Assembly (NCBI GenBank): GCA_902795725.1
Contig: CADBLY010000021.1
Location: forward strand, 1 to 35,868
DNA length: 35,868 bases
DNA from: an uncultured Erysipelotrichaceae bacterium
Lineage (GTDB): Bacteria; Bacillota_I; Bacilli_A; RF39; UBA660
Direction: 5' to 3'
Position numbers and translations under genes: made by a program. Positions 23,542 through 31,505 of this stretch are shown one piece after another. Under the pieces are notes generated by a model. It was not told where the DNA came from, did no database searches, and was given only the letters and a program-made list of their open reading frames with translations. How positions within the stretch are numbered: the stretch's first letter is position 1; every line of letters begins with the position of its first letter.

Positions 23542-25668
23542 ATGAAATTACGATTTAGAGCAGAACCAAAGGATTGGACAATATTTATATCCTTTTGTAT
23601 AGCATGGTTTATTGTTGTCGCACTTGCTGTAGTAAATATACATGCCTTTATAATTGAAGAAAATTTTACCATAAATATTTTCTTAATATTTACTAGTTTT
23701 AATATGTTTGGGGTAACACTTTTAGGATTCATTGCAGGAATTGTTTTTGGACTTGTAAGTGTTAAGTCTTACTTTTTTGAAAGAGAAGCAGGTATGGGAG
23801 TAATATCAGCGGAAAAGAAAACAAAAAATTATTCTCGTTGGAGCAAAGAAAAAGAAATACAAAATGATATTGGAATGGCAAAGGTTGATCCCAAAGCACC
23901 TTCATCTGATGCTGCTGGGATACCAATTATTATGAAGCAAGATGAAGTATGGGTAGATAATGGAGAATATCATAACTTAGTAATTGGTTCTACTGGTGCT
24001 GGAAAAACGCAAACGACAGTACTTCCTATGGTTAACTTACTTGCAAAACATGATGAATCAATGATTATAACAGATCCCAAAGGCGAGATATATGAAAATT
24101 GCTCTGAATATCTAAAAAGTTTGGGATATAATATTGTATTATTAAACTTCCGTGATCCACAACAAGGTAATAGTTGGAATCCACTATACTTGCCATATTC
24201 CCTTTATAAATCAGGGAATATAGACAAGGCTGTCGAATTATTGGAAGATTTAGGAGCTAATATTATTAAAGACCCGACAGCTAAAGGTCAAGATCCTTTC
24301 TGGGAAAATACATCAGCAGATTACTTTACAGGTCTAGCATTTGCTTTATTTGAAGATGCTAAAGAAGAAGAAATCAATTTAAATAGTATTAGTTTAATGA
24401 CTACCATTGGTGAAGAAAAATTAGCCAATACTACTTATATTAAAGATTTCTTTAGTTACAAAGATCCATCAAGTACATCTTACACAAAAGCATCATCTAC
24501 ACTAATGGCTCCATCTGATACTAAAGGTTCAATCCTATCAGTTTTTAAACAAAAAATACAATTATTCGCTTCACGAGCTAATTTATCTGAAATGTTAGCA
24601 AATAATGATTTTGATATGCGTGATATCGGTAAAAAGAAAACAGCTGTTTTTATTGTTATTCAAGATGAAAAAACAACATATCATTCATTAGTAACTATAT
24701 TCTTGAAACAGTGCTACGAAACACTAATATCCGTTGCTCAAGAGCAAGGTGGAAAACTACCACATCGTACCAATTTTATTCTTGATGAATTTGCTAATAT
24801 GCCACCATTAAAAGACGTTACTACCATGGTAACTGCCGCTCGTTCAAGAAACATGCGTTTTACCTTTATTATTCAAAACTTTGCCCAATTATATGAAGTT
24901 TATGGAAAAGAAAATGGTGAAACAATTAAAGGTAACTGTGGAAATATTGTTTACTTAATTAGTACAGAATTAACTGCTTTAGAAGAGATAAGTAAAATGT
25001 GTGGAGAAGTTAAATCTAAAGAAAAAGAAAAAACATCATCTACACCATTAGTAACTGTAAGTGATTTACGTAGTATGGACCAATGGGAAACCATTATAAT
25101 TAGGCTTAGAAAAATGCCGTTTAAAACAAAGCTTACACCAAATTTTGAAATGGACTGGGGTCATAAATTTCCAAAGGCTAAGTATCCACATCGCCAAAGA
25201 AAAGAAATTGGAATATTTGATTTAAAATCATTTGTTGATAAAAAAAGAGAAGAAAAAATAAATAATATGCTAAATGGAAATGAAGGACCAAATCTACCAT
25301 TTGGTGGACGACCAGGGGCAAATCCTTTTGGTGGAAATCCATTTGGTAATAATAATCTCTTTGGTGGACCAAACCCTTTTGGACCTACCAAACCATCAAG
25401 TGATAATTTTAATGTTGATGATCTAGTAAAAAGAATAGATGCTAAAATTGCTGAATTAGAAGAAGAAGAAAAAAGGGAACAAGAAGAACAATCTAAATCA
25501 ATAAATAAACAAGAAAAAAATTCAGAAGAAAAACAAGAAGAAAAAGCCATTCAACCAACTGAATTAAACACTGATTTAAATGGCAATAATGATTCAAATC
25601 AATCAATAGACTTTAAACACAATGTTACTGATGATCAATTCTTTGATGACTTTTTTGGAGATGACTAA
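23542..25668 (+). CDS. virD4: VirD4/TraG-family type IV coupling protein
   Basis: Two N-terminal TMs. Walker A VIGSTGAGKTQT and Walker B NFILDEFANMP, plus RSRNMRFTFIIQNFAQL. C-terminal PFGG-type low-complexity repeats and an acidic/aromatic tail. Confidence 0.85.
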   Translation: MKLRFRAEPKDWTIFISFCIAWFIVVALAVVNIHAFIIEENFTINIFLIFTSFNMFGVTLLGFIAGIVFGLVSVKSYFFEREAGMGVISAEKKTKNYSRWSKEKEIQNDIGMAKVDPKAPSSDAAGIPIIMKQDEVWVDNGEYHNLVIGSTGAGKTQTTVLPMVNLLAKHDESMIITDPKGEIYENCSEYLKSLGYNIVLLNFRDPQQGNSWNPLYLPYSLYKSGNIDKAVELLEDLGANIIKDPTAKGQDPFWENTSADYFTGLAFALFEDAKEEEINLNSISLMTTIGEEKLANTTYIKDFFSYKDPSSTSYTKASSTLMAPSDTKGSILSVFKQKIQLFASRANLSEMLANNDFDMRDIGKKKTAVFIVIQDEKTTYHSLVTIFLKQCYETLISVAQEQGGKLPHRTNFILDEFANMPPLKDVTTMVTAARSRNMRFTFIIQNFAQLYEVYGKENGETIKGNCGNIVYLISTELTALEEISKMCGEVKSKEKEKTSSTPLVTVSDLRSMDQWETIIIRLRKMPFKTKLTPNFEMDWGHKFPKAKYPHRQRKEIGIFDLKSFVDKKREEKINNMLNGNEGPNLPFGGRPGANPFGGNPFGNNNLFGGPNPFGPTKPSSDNFNVDDLVKRIDAKIAELEEEEKREQEEQSKSINKQEKNSEEKQEEKAIQPTELNTDLNGNNDSNQSIDFKHNVTDDQFFDDFFGDD

Positions 25669-25729
25669 ATTTATTAAACTTTCTAACTATATTTAAACAC
25701 AAAAAAACATATAATATATTGGTGATTAT

Positions 25730-26017
25730 ATGTTAGAAAGTATTACAGTAAATGAATTAAAAAAACTATCCAATATAGAAATAATTGATTTAAGAAGTCC
25801 AGAAAAGTATAACGATAATCATATTTTAAATGCACATAATATTTCATTTGATAGTTTATTATTGAGCCCAGAAAAATATTTAAATAAAAATATAAAGTAC
25901 TATATATATTGTCAAAAAGGTTTGAAAAGCAAACAATTATGTCGTACATTAAACTTAAAAGGGTATAAAGCAGTTCATATCGTGGGTGGATATGAATCTT
26001 GGATATTAAACGAATAA
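25730..26017 (+). CDS. Single-domain rhodanese-like sulfurtransferase
   Basis: 95 aa with IIDLRSPEKYNDNHILNAHNI and the active-site loop YCQKGLKS. Confidence 0.75.
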   Translation: MLESITVNELKKLSNIEIIDLRSPEKYNDNHILNAHNISFDSLLLSPEKYLNKNIKYYIYCQKGLKSKQLCRTLNLKGYKAVHIVGGYESWILNE

Positions 26018-26043
26018 CTATACATTTTGTATAGTTTTTTTGT
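26016..26043 (+). terminator. Rho-independent terminator after the rhodanese gene
   Basis: Stem AACTATACA / TGTATAGTT (9 bp), 3-nt loop, then TTTTTTGTTT. Confidence 0.8.
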
Positions 26044-26056
26044 TTAAAAAATATTA

Positions 26057-26085
26057 TTGACACATATATTCTTATAATATATAAT
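26057..26085 (+). promoter_or_regulatory. Consensus sigmaA promoter for gmk
   Basis: TTGACA (26057-26062), 17 nt spacer, TATAAT (26080-26085), then a GAGGTGA RBS before the ATG at 26103. Confidence 0.65.
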
Positions 26086-26102
26086 TTTATTGAGGTGAGT
26101 CT

Positions 26103-26753
26103 ATGATAAAACAAAAAGCAACAGGCAATTTAGTAGTAATATCAGGCCCAAGTGGATGTGGGAAAGGCACCATATGTAAAGAATTAATAAAAAGAAATAA
26201 AAATATTAAATTATCAATATCAATGACAACTAGAAAACCCCGAGCACAAGAAATAGATGGACGTGATTATTATTTTATAACCAAAGAAGAATTTGAAAAG
26301 CGTATTAAAGAAAACAAATTTTTAGAATACGCTAAAGTTCATCATGATAATTATTACGGGACTCCTAAAGATAAAATAGATGAGTATACAAAAAAAGGAA
26401 TAGATGTTATAGCAGAAATAGATATTAATGGAGCTTTACAAATAAATAACGAAATTAAAGAAGCAATTTTTATTTTTATAATGCCACCTAGCATGAAAGA
26501 ATTAAAATCAAGATTAATAAAAAGAAATACTGAATGTAAAGAACAAATTGTTGAACGATTTACTAAAGCCTATCAAGAAATAAATTATGTATCTAAATAT
26601 AATTATGTCGTTATCAATGATAAAATAGAAAAAGCAGTACAGAAAATTGAAGCAATTTTATTAAGTGAAAAATGTCGTGTGGATCGAATTGAAGATATAG
26701 ATTTAAATAATAAAGAAGAAATGATTCACGAACTATTAATGGAGGATAAATGA
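26103..26753 (+). CDS. gmk: Guanylate kinase
   Basis: P-loop VISGPSGCGKGTI, TTRKPR..E.DGRDYYF, and EYAKVHHDNYYGTP. Confidence 0.9.
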   Translation: MIKQKATGNLVVISGPSGCGKGTICKELIKRNKNIKLSISMTTRKPRAQEIDGRDYYFITKEEFEKRIKENKFLEYAKVHHDNYYGTPKDKIDEYTKKGIDVIAEIDINGALQINNEIKEAIFIFIMPPSMKELKSRLIKRNTECKEQIVERFTKAYQEINYVSKYNYVVINDKIEKAVQKIEAILLSEKCRVDRIEDIDLNNKEEMIHELLMEDK

Positions 26754-27190
26754 AAAAGTATGTAATAGTGCTAATTATATTATTAACCGGATGTTCAAAA
26801 ACAACTACAATATGTGAATCACATATAAATAATTCTGAACAAAACTATAAAGAGAATGCAAAATATACAATATACTCAAAAAACAATTTTGTAAAAAAAG
26901 TATCAATTAATGAGCAATATAAATCTGAAGATAGTAATGTTATTGATTATTTTGACTCATATTTAAAACTAACCTTTTTAACACTCAACGAACAATATGG
27001 AAATATTGAATATAAATCAAAGCAAATAAAAAATGGAATACAATATTTTGTCGATATTGACTTTGAAAATACTAATATAAAAGAGATGGTAAAAAATGGT
27101 TATTTAGACAAAGACTATGTTGTAAACAATCAAATAACAACTTTAGGTATAAAAAAAATGTATGAATCACAAGGCGCAAAGTGTAATTAA
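26750..27190 (+). CDS. Small lipoprotein, unknown function
   Basis: Lipobox ILLTGCSK. ATGA overlap with gmk. Confidence 0.5.
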   Translation: MKKYVIVLIILLTGCSKTTTICESHINNSEQNYKENAKYTIYSKNNFVKKVSINEQYKSEDSNVIDYFDSYLKLTFLTLNEQYGNIEYKSKQIKNGIQYFVDIDFENTNIKEMVKNGYLDKDYVVNNQITTLGIKKMYESQGAKCN

Positions 27191-27208
27191 AAAGAAAAAA
27201 TTACACTA

Positions 27209-27355
27209 TTTTTTCTTATTAATAACAAATAATAAACTTATTCCTATACATACAATTCCTAATCCTAAAAAATTAAAACTAACATCATTAAAAATAATTA
27301 ATGATATTATACCTAAACATATTCCAAAAGCAATTCCATTATATACTATTTTTTT
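27209..27355 (-). other. Open -1 frame continuing past the LicD stop and encoding a two-helix hydrophobic tail; no canonical start codon
   Basis: Reverse strand reads TC-AAAAAAA-TAG. The -1 frame reads KKIVYNGIAFGICLGIISLIIFNDVSFNFLGLGIVCIGISLLFVINKKK then stop at 27206-27208. One extra A in the A7 tract would fuse it to LicD. Confidence 0.35.
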
Positions 27356-28233
27356 GATACTGCTTCATCTCCATTAAGATTCAATAATACGGTATGTTTA
27401 GGCTTTTGCATAGTAATAGGCAAAGTTTCTTTCCATATCTTTTCCTTATCATCCCACTTTTTTAGACAATTGTCTCCGTATCTTTGCTTTAAGACCTTTT
27501 CGATGTTATTATACGAATAGAATTTTCTTCCTTCAAAATCATATTCCTTAAAAGGGAAAATATCATCTTTTAAAAAAATAGGCTCCTTCATAAATCTTTG
27601 CCAAGGAATTGCAATAGTTTGTGCGCATAGCTTACTGTTAATATTTTTATTACTATATTTTTCTGCAACCCTATTTATAAGTTTTTTTAACATAACATGT
27701 GGAATATGTAAATTATCACAGAAGACAACTAAAGGCATAAGAATTTTTATAAAACTTCTATACAATTCATCAATAAACTTATTCTCCGACATATTATCAA
27801 TAATAACAACATCAACAAAAATACCATTTCCATCACATTTATTACTTAACAATACATTTTTTTCTTTTATAAAAGTATTTCTTTTTCTTAGTTTCATATT
27901 TGGAATTAAAGCATTGTATCTTTTGTCTTTTTCAAAACAGTGATAATAAAAATCACTATTCAAATCCTTATCCAATGCTGATAGAAATTTTTTCCAATAC
28001 TTTCTTTCAATACATACATCGATATCGTCATCCCAAGGAATAAAACCTTTATAGTTTACCATTCCAAGAGCAGATCCGGCCATCATACAATAAGGAATTC
28101 CATTCTTTCTACATACACGGTCTAATTCATCCATAATAGTCAATATCTCAAGTTGCAAATCTCTTACTGTAATTTCTTTGCCATCCTGGATATCTATTAC
28201 ATATTTTTTTCTTTCTTTGATATAATCATTCAT
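27346..28233 (-). CDS. licD: LicD-family phosphotransferase (phosphocholine/phosphoalcohol transfer to cell-wall glycopolymers)
   Basis: LicD signature GSALGMVNYKGFIPWDDDIDVCI. About 295 aa. Confidence 0.8.
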   Translation of the reverse strand: MNDYIKERKKYVIDIQDGKEITVRDLQLEILTIMDELDRVCRKNGIPYCMMAGSALGMVNYKGFIPWDDDIDVCIERKYWKKFLSALDKDLNSDFYYHCFEKDKRYNALIPNMKLRKRNTFIKEKNVLLSNKCDGNGIFVDVVIIDNMSENKFIDELYRSFIKILMPLVVFCDNLHIPHVMLKKLINRVAEKYSNKNINSKLCAQTIAIPWQRFMKEPIFLKDDIFPFKEYDFEGRKFYSYNNIEKVLKQRYGDNCLKKWDDKEKIWKETLPITMQKPKHTVLLNLNGDEAVSKK

Positions 28234-28359
28234 ATCATCACATCCAAATATATTCTATCATGTATAGTAATTTTTTTCAATTGCTTGGGTAATTGTTTCA
28301 CACTTCTTTTGGGATTTTGAATATGCTATATTAGAAATTTTAAAGGAGGAGTGAATAAT

Positions 28360-28797
28360 ATGAATTGTCAAAATAATGATAATAAGTGCTGTTTAGCTGA
28401 AGTATTAACTGTAATTAATGTCCTACAACAAAATGCAGAATGCAGTGATGCTTGCCTAGAAACTTGTGATCGTGGTTTTTTAGGTTGTGGAACAACAACA
28501 TTTACATGTAATACAAGACCAGTAGTTTTATATACATGTGCAGGTAATGGAACACCTTTTTCAATGCCTATAACTCGAGAAAATGTTGTGTGCGGAGATG
28601 AAGGAGTTACATGTTCTAATGTATTTAGGGTAGAAAAAGTAGATGGATGTTGTGCAACATTCAGAGTTCTTGCAGAAAATACTGATGATACAACTGGAAC
28701 AATACCTTATGTAACTACTAATTCATTTTTCACAATGAATTTAGATTGTTTATGTGCTTTAAGATGTTTACCAGATACATTTGTTGACTGTGTATAA
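28360..28797 (+). CDS. CotY/CotZ/ExsY-family Cys-rich spore coat/crust protein
   Basis: I prefer the ATG at 28360 (after AAAGGAGGA) over the track GTG at 28351. VFRVEKVDGCCATFRVL resembles the conserved CotZ/CotY block FFRVE.V.G.CA.L.LL. Cys-rich throughout. Confidence 0.6.
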   Translation: MNCQNNDNKCCLAEVLTVINVLQQNAECSDACLETCDRGFLGCGTTTFTCNTRPVVLYTCAGNGTPFSMPITRENVVCGDEGVTCSNVFRVEKVDGCCATFRVLAENTDDTTGTIPYVTTNSFFTMNLDCLCALRCLPDTFVDCV

Positions 28798-28815
28798 GAC
28801 CAATTGGTCTTTTTC
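28796..28815 (+). terminator. Rho-independent terminator after the coat-protein gene
   Basis: Palindrome AAGACC-AATT-GGTCTT followed by TTTC. Confidence 0.6.
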
Positions 28816-28869
28816 TATTGTAAAAATTTAATTTATATGATAATATTATAATAGAAAGGACGGTTGGAT

Positions 28870-29163
28870 ATGAAATACTATAACTTAAGTAAAAAAGATT
28901 ATAAACGTAAAGAAGCTGAATTTAGAGAAACTTATGTAGGAGGTCAAAGATATTTAGGATATGTTATAAGCATGTTAGTGTTTTTAACCTTTGGGATAAT
29001 AAATATAATTATCTTTTGCAATTCAAATGCTGATATTACAACTAAAGAATTAGCTAATTGCATGTTTTTTTCTATATTACTACTACTAAGTGGTATTATG
29101 GCTACTATATTTGGTATAGAATATATTAAACATTTTAAAGAATTTGTTAATAATAAAAAATAG
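28870..29163 (+). CDS. Small two-TM membrane protein, unknown function
   Basis: I prefer the ATG at 28870. Two hydrophobic helices (YVISMLVFLTFGIINIIIF; FFSILLLLSGIMATIFGI). Confidence 0.35.
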   Translation: MKYYNLSKKDYKRKEAEFRETYVGGQRYLGYVISMLVFLTFGIINIIIFCNSNADITTKELANCMFFSILLLLSGIMATIFGIEYIKHFKEFVNNKK

Positions 29164-29169
29164 CTCGTG

Positions 29170-29472
29170 CTATTTTCTTTTTATATCTATAATATCATCT
29201 ATGGGTATAGTTTCATTATCCATAGTTATAAGATAATTCTTATTTCTTCCAATAATACGCTTTTCTATTTCTTTATTTTTTAATTTAATAATAACATTAG
29301 CCTTATAAATATAATTAGGTGATGAAAAGATTTCAGTTATTGTTTTCCTTATATTTTTATTAGGTGTACTTATTTCATCTTTTTTTATTTCACTAGAGTA
29401 ATAGTATTCACTGTTGTTGTTTAGTTTTTTTTCTATTTTATTATGAAACACATTAGGTAATTTTTTATCCAT
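29170..29472 (-). CDS. Hypothetical protein; the C-terminal pattern is reminiscent of CotO-like coat proteins (weak)
   Basis: 100 aa, Lys/Asn-rich N-terminus. The C-terminal ANVIIKLKNKEIEKRIIGRNKNYLITMDNETIPIDDIIDI looks like a small beta-barrel. Sits among coat-like genes. Confidence 0.3.
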   Translation of the reverse strand: MDKKLPNVFHNKIEKKLNNNSEYYYSSEIKKDEISTPNKNIRKTITEIFSSPNYIYKANVIIKLKNKEIEKRIIGRNKNYLITMDNETIPIDDIIDIKRK

Positions 29473-29517
29473 AGTATCTTCCTTTCAACATAGTATATTC
29501 AAACATTCATTATTTAG

Positions 29518-29545
29518 AACACATATAAACTTTCGTCATATATTA
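29518..29545 (+). promoter_or_regulatory. Possible sigmaK-type (late mother-cell) promoter upstream of the LysM gene
   Basis: AC (29518-29519), 17 nt spacer, CATAtatTA (29537-29545) matches the AC-N16/17-CATAnnnTA consensus. Such a match can also arise by chance in AT-rich DNA. Confidence 0.3.
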
Positions 29546-29560
29546 TAACGAGGTGATACT

Positions 29561-30010
29561 ATGTATGAAATATATATGATAGAAGTAGGAGATACATTAG
29601 ATTCTATTGCCCGTAAGGTAGGGACTAGTGTCGATAATTTAAGAGATATTAACAAAAGGATAAATATAAAGCCTGGAGAATATATTATTGTACCAGCTTC
29701 GGATAATGAGTATTTTGAAATGTACACAGTTGAACAAGGAGATAATCTTTACAAAGTAGCTAAGAAGTTTGGCATAGATGCTGATACATTAATACTTTTA
29801 AATGGATTAAAAAAAGATGATTATATTTATCCTAACCAACAATTGATAGTACCTAGAGATATGGTTGATATTTATATTACTAAACAAGGAGATACTTTTG
29901 ATACCTTAACAAATGGATTGAATACCGATTATGAAACAATCATTAATCAAAATAGAAAATTACTATTAATTCCTGATCAATTGGTAGTTATTAGAAAAAT
30001 GAGTATATAG
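29561..30010 (+). CDS. Triple-LysM-domain protein without signal peptide (coat-associated candidate)
   Basis: Three LysM repeats: IEVGDTLDSIARKVG..., YTVEQGDNLYKVAKKFG..., and YITKQGDTFDTLTNGL.... Confidence 0.8.
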   Translation: MYEIYMIEVGDTLDSIARKVGTSVDNLRDINKRINIKPGEYIIVPASDNEYFEMYTVEQGDNLYKVAKKFGIDADTLILLNGLKKDDYIYPNQQLIVPRDMVDIYITKQGDTFDTLTNGLNTDYETIINQNRKLLLIPDQLVVIRKMSI

Positions 30011-30038
30011 AAAGATCAAAATAGTCTTTCTTTTTTTC
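30009..30038 (+). terminator. Rho-independent terminator after the LysM gene
   Basis: Stem AGAAAGA / TCTTTCT with a 9-nt loop, then TTTTTTCTT. Confidence 0.6.
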
Positions 30039-30080
30039 TTAATTTATTATATAATTAATTTAGGATGAAAGGACGATAAA

Positions 30081-31040
30081 ATGAATACAGATTATAATGG
30101 CATTAGTATCTTAAAAAATTATGGTGAAGATTTAACACAAAAATATTATATTACTGATCCTTCAATTGCTAGAGAAGATGAATTAAAAAAACTAATGATT
30201 GTATTACTAACTCCAGAAAAATCTGGTTTATTAGTTGGTAAAGCTGGTATTGGTAAAACTGCAATCGTAGAGGGATTAGCCTATCGTATTCAAAAACAAA
30301 CAGTACCAAATGCTTTAATGGGATATAGAGTAGTTAAAATCAATTCTTCCGCATTAGTTGGTAAAATGACATACAACGGCAAAGAAGAACTAGTTATATC
30401 TATTCTTGTAGAAGAATTAAAAAAATGTGATAAACTAATATTATTCATTGATGAAGTTCATACATTAATTGGAAGTAATGCCGATGGACCAATGGACTTA
30501 GCTAATATCCTAAAGCCAGTTATTGATAGAGGTTTAGTAAAAGTAATTGGAGCCACTACTGATATTGAATATAATACCTATATTGTAAGAGATAGAGCAT
30601 TCTTACGTAGATTTGATCGTATTGATGTATTGGAACCGACTGAAAAAGTTGCTGCTGATATTGTAATGGGATCATTACCAAAAATAGAAAAACAAACAGG
30701 TATTAAATTTCGATATAATGATTATATTCAAAGAATGTTAGTAGAATCAATCGTATCTGCTACCAATCCATATAAACGAGTATATGGTTTAGGTGCAATG
30801 TATCCAGATATTTGTTTTTCCGTTATAACTGCAGCATTTTCAAATGCCTTGTACCAAAATCATACCAGTGTGGGTGTAGAAGATGTATATTTTGCTATAA
30901 AAAACAGTAAGAGAATTTATCCTGATTCAATCATAAAAGAGCTTAATTTGTTTAGAGAAAAATTTAGTCAATTATGTATGAAAGAAGGAATAACACTACC
31001 AGTTGTAACCATTGATGAAATTCAAACAATTGAGGAATAG
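30081..31040 (+). CDS. Stand-alone Clp/Hsp100-type AAA+ D1 module
   Basis: REDELKKLMIVLL...LLVGKAGIGKTAIVEGLAYRI matches the ClpA/B/C D1 Walker A context. Walker B is LFIDEVHTLIG, followed by IGATT..EY......D.AFLRRFDRIDVLEP. No Clp N-domain and no D2. Confidence 0.8.
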   Translation: MNTDYNGISILKNYGEDLTQKYYITDPSIAREDELKKLMIVLLTPEKSGLLVGKAGIGKTAIVEGLAYRIQKQTVPNALMGYRVVKINSSALVGKMTYNGKEELVISILVEELKKCDKLILFIDEVHTLIGSNADGPMDLANILKPVIDRGLVKVIGATTDIEYNTYIVRDRAFLRRFDRIDVLEPTEKVAADIVMGSLPKIEKQTGIKFRYNDYIQRMLVESIVSATNPYKRVYGLGAMYPDICFSVITAAFSNALYQNHTSVGVEDVYFAIKNSKRIYPDSIIKELNLFREKFSQLCMKEGITLPVVTIDEIQTIEE

Positions 31041-31049
31041 GGTGATTAA

Positions 31050-31505
31050 ATGAGAAAGATACCTACAAAAAACTATTTTATTTTATTGGGATTAATTATT
31101 GCAACAGTTATTGTAACAATTGCACTTGGTAATTTCTACACCAATCGCAATAGAAAAACATCTAATTTTTATAAATTTCTACCTAAAGTTACCTTAAATG
31201 ACTTAGATACATATTTACAAGAAAGTGATGTTACAGCTATTTATATCAATGATAAATATGAATTAGAAGATGAAAAGAAAGAAACAAAATTACAAAATAA
31301 AATAATTGAACTTAATTTAACTAATAAATTTGTTTACTTAGACAGTAATAATATAAATGATAAATTTAAAGAAGATTTTTACAATAAATATCATTATCAA
31401 TTAACAGACGATTATCCAACAATTATTGTAATGAATAATAAAAATGTAGTTAACTCATATAAAGAAATTGATGTAGATAAAATTAATTTTGAGGAATTAA
31501 AATGA
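31050..31505 (+). CDS. Membrane-anchored protein, unknown function
   Basis: N-terminal TM YFILLGLIIATVIVTIALG. ATGA overlap with trmL. Confidence 0.35.
   Translation: MRKIPTKNYFILLGLIIATVIVTIALGNFYTNRNRKTSNFYKFLPKVTLNDLDTYLQESDVTAIYINDKYELEDEKKETKLQNKIIELNLTNKFVYLDSNNINDKFKEDFYNKYHYQLTDDYPTIIVMNNKNVVNSYKEIDVDKINFEELK

Noticed and set aside
1677-25729. Boundaries of an integrated element (att-like direct repeats, integrase, tRNA-adjacent insertion) for the 24 kb block
   Set aside because: I found no shared repeat between 1677-1794 and 25669-25729. There is no recombinase gene, and the tRNA is separated from the block by scpAB. I therefore do not call it an ICE or genomic island as a feature. 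A whole-genome comparison is needed.
25743-26114. Reverse-strand 123-aa ORF over the rhodanese gene and the gmk promoter
   Set aside because: It runs through a clear + strand terminator and a consensus promoter, opposite a motif-bearing rhodanese gene. The translation is low-complexity.
27162-27377. + strand 71-aa ORF between the lipoprotein gene and licD
   Set aside because: It overlaps the end of the lipoprotein gene and the licD stop, has no RBS, and lies opposite a much more protein-like hydrophobic reverse-strand frame (see the LicD finding).
29536-29727. Reverse-strand ORF over the LysM gene, plus 33898-34089(+), 34092-34280(-) and 35382-35594(-)
   Set aside because: All lie opposite motif-bearing genes: the LysM gene, the RNHCP gene, the S41 peptidase gene, and the DUF402 gene that I translated by hand.
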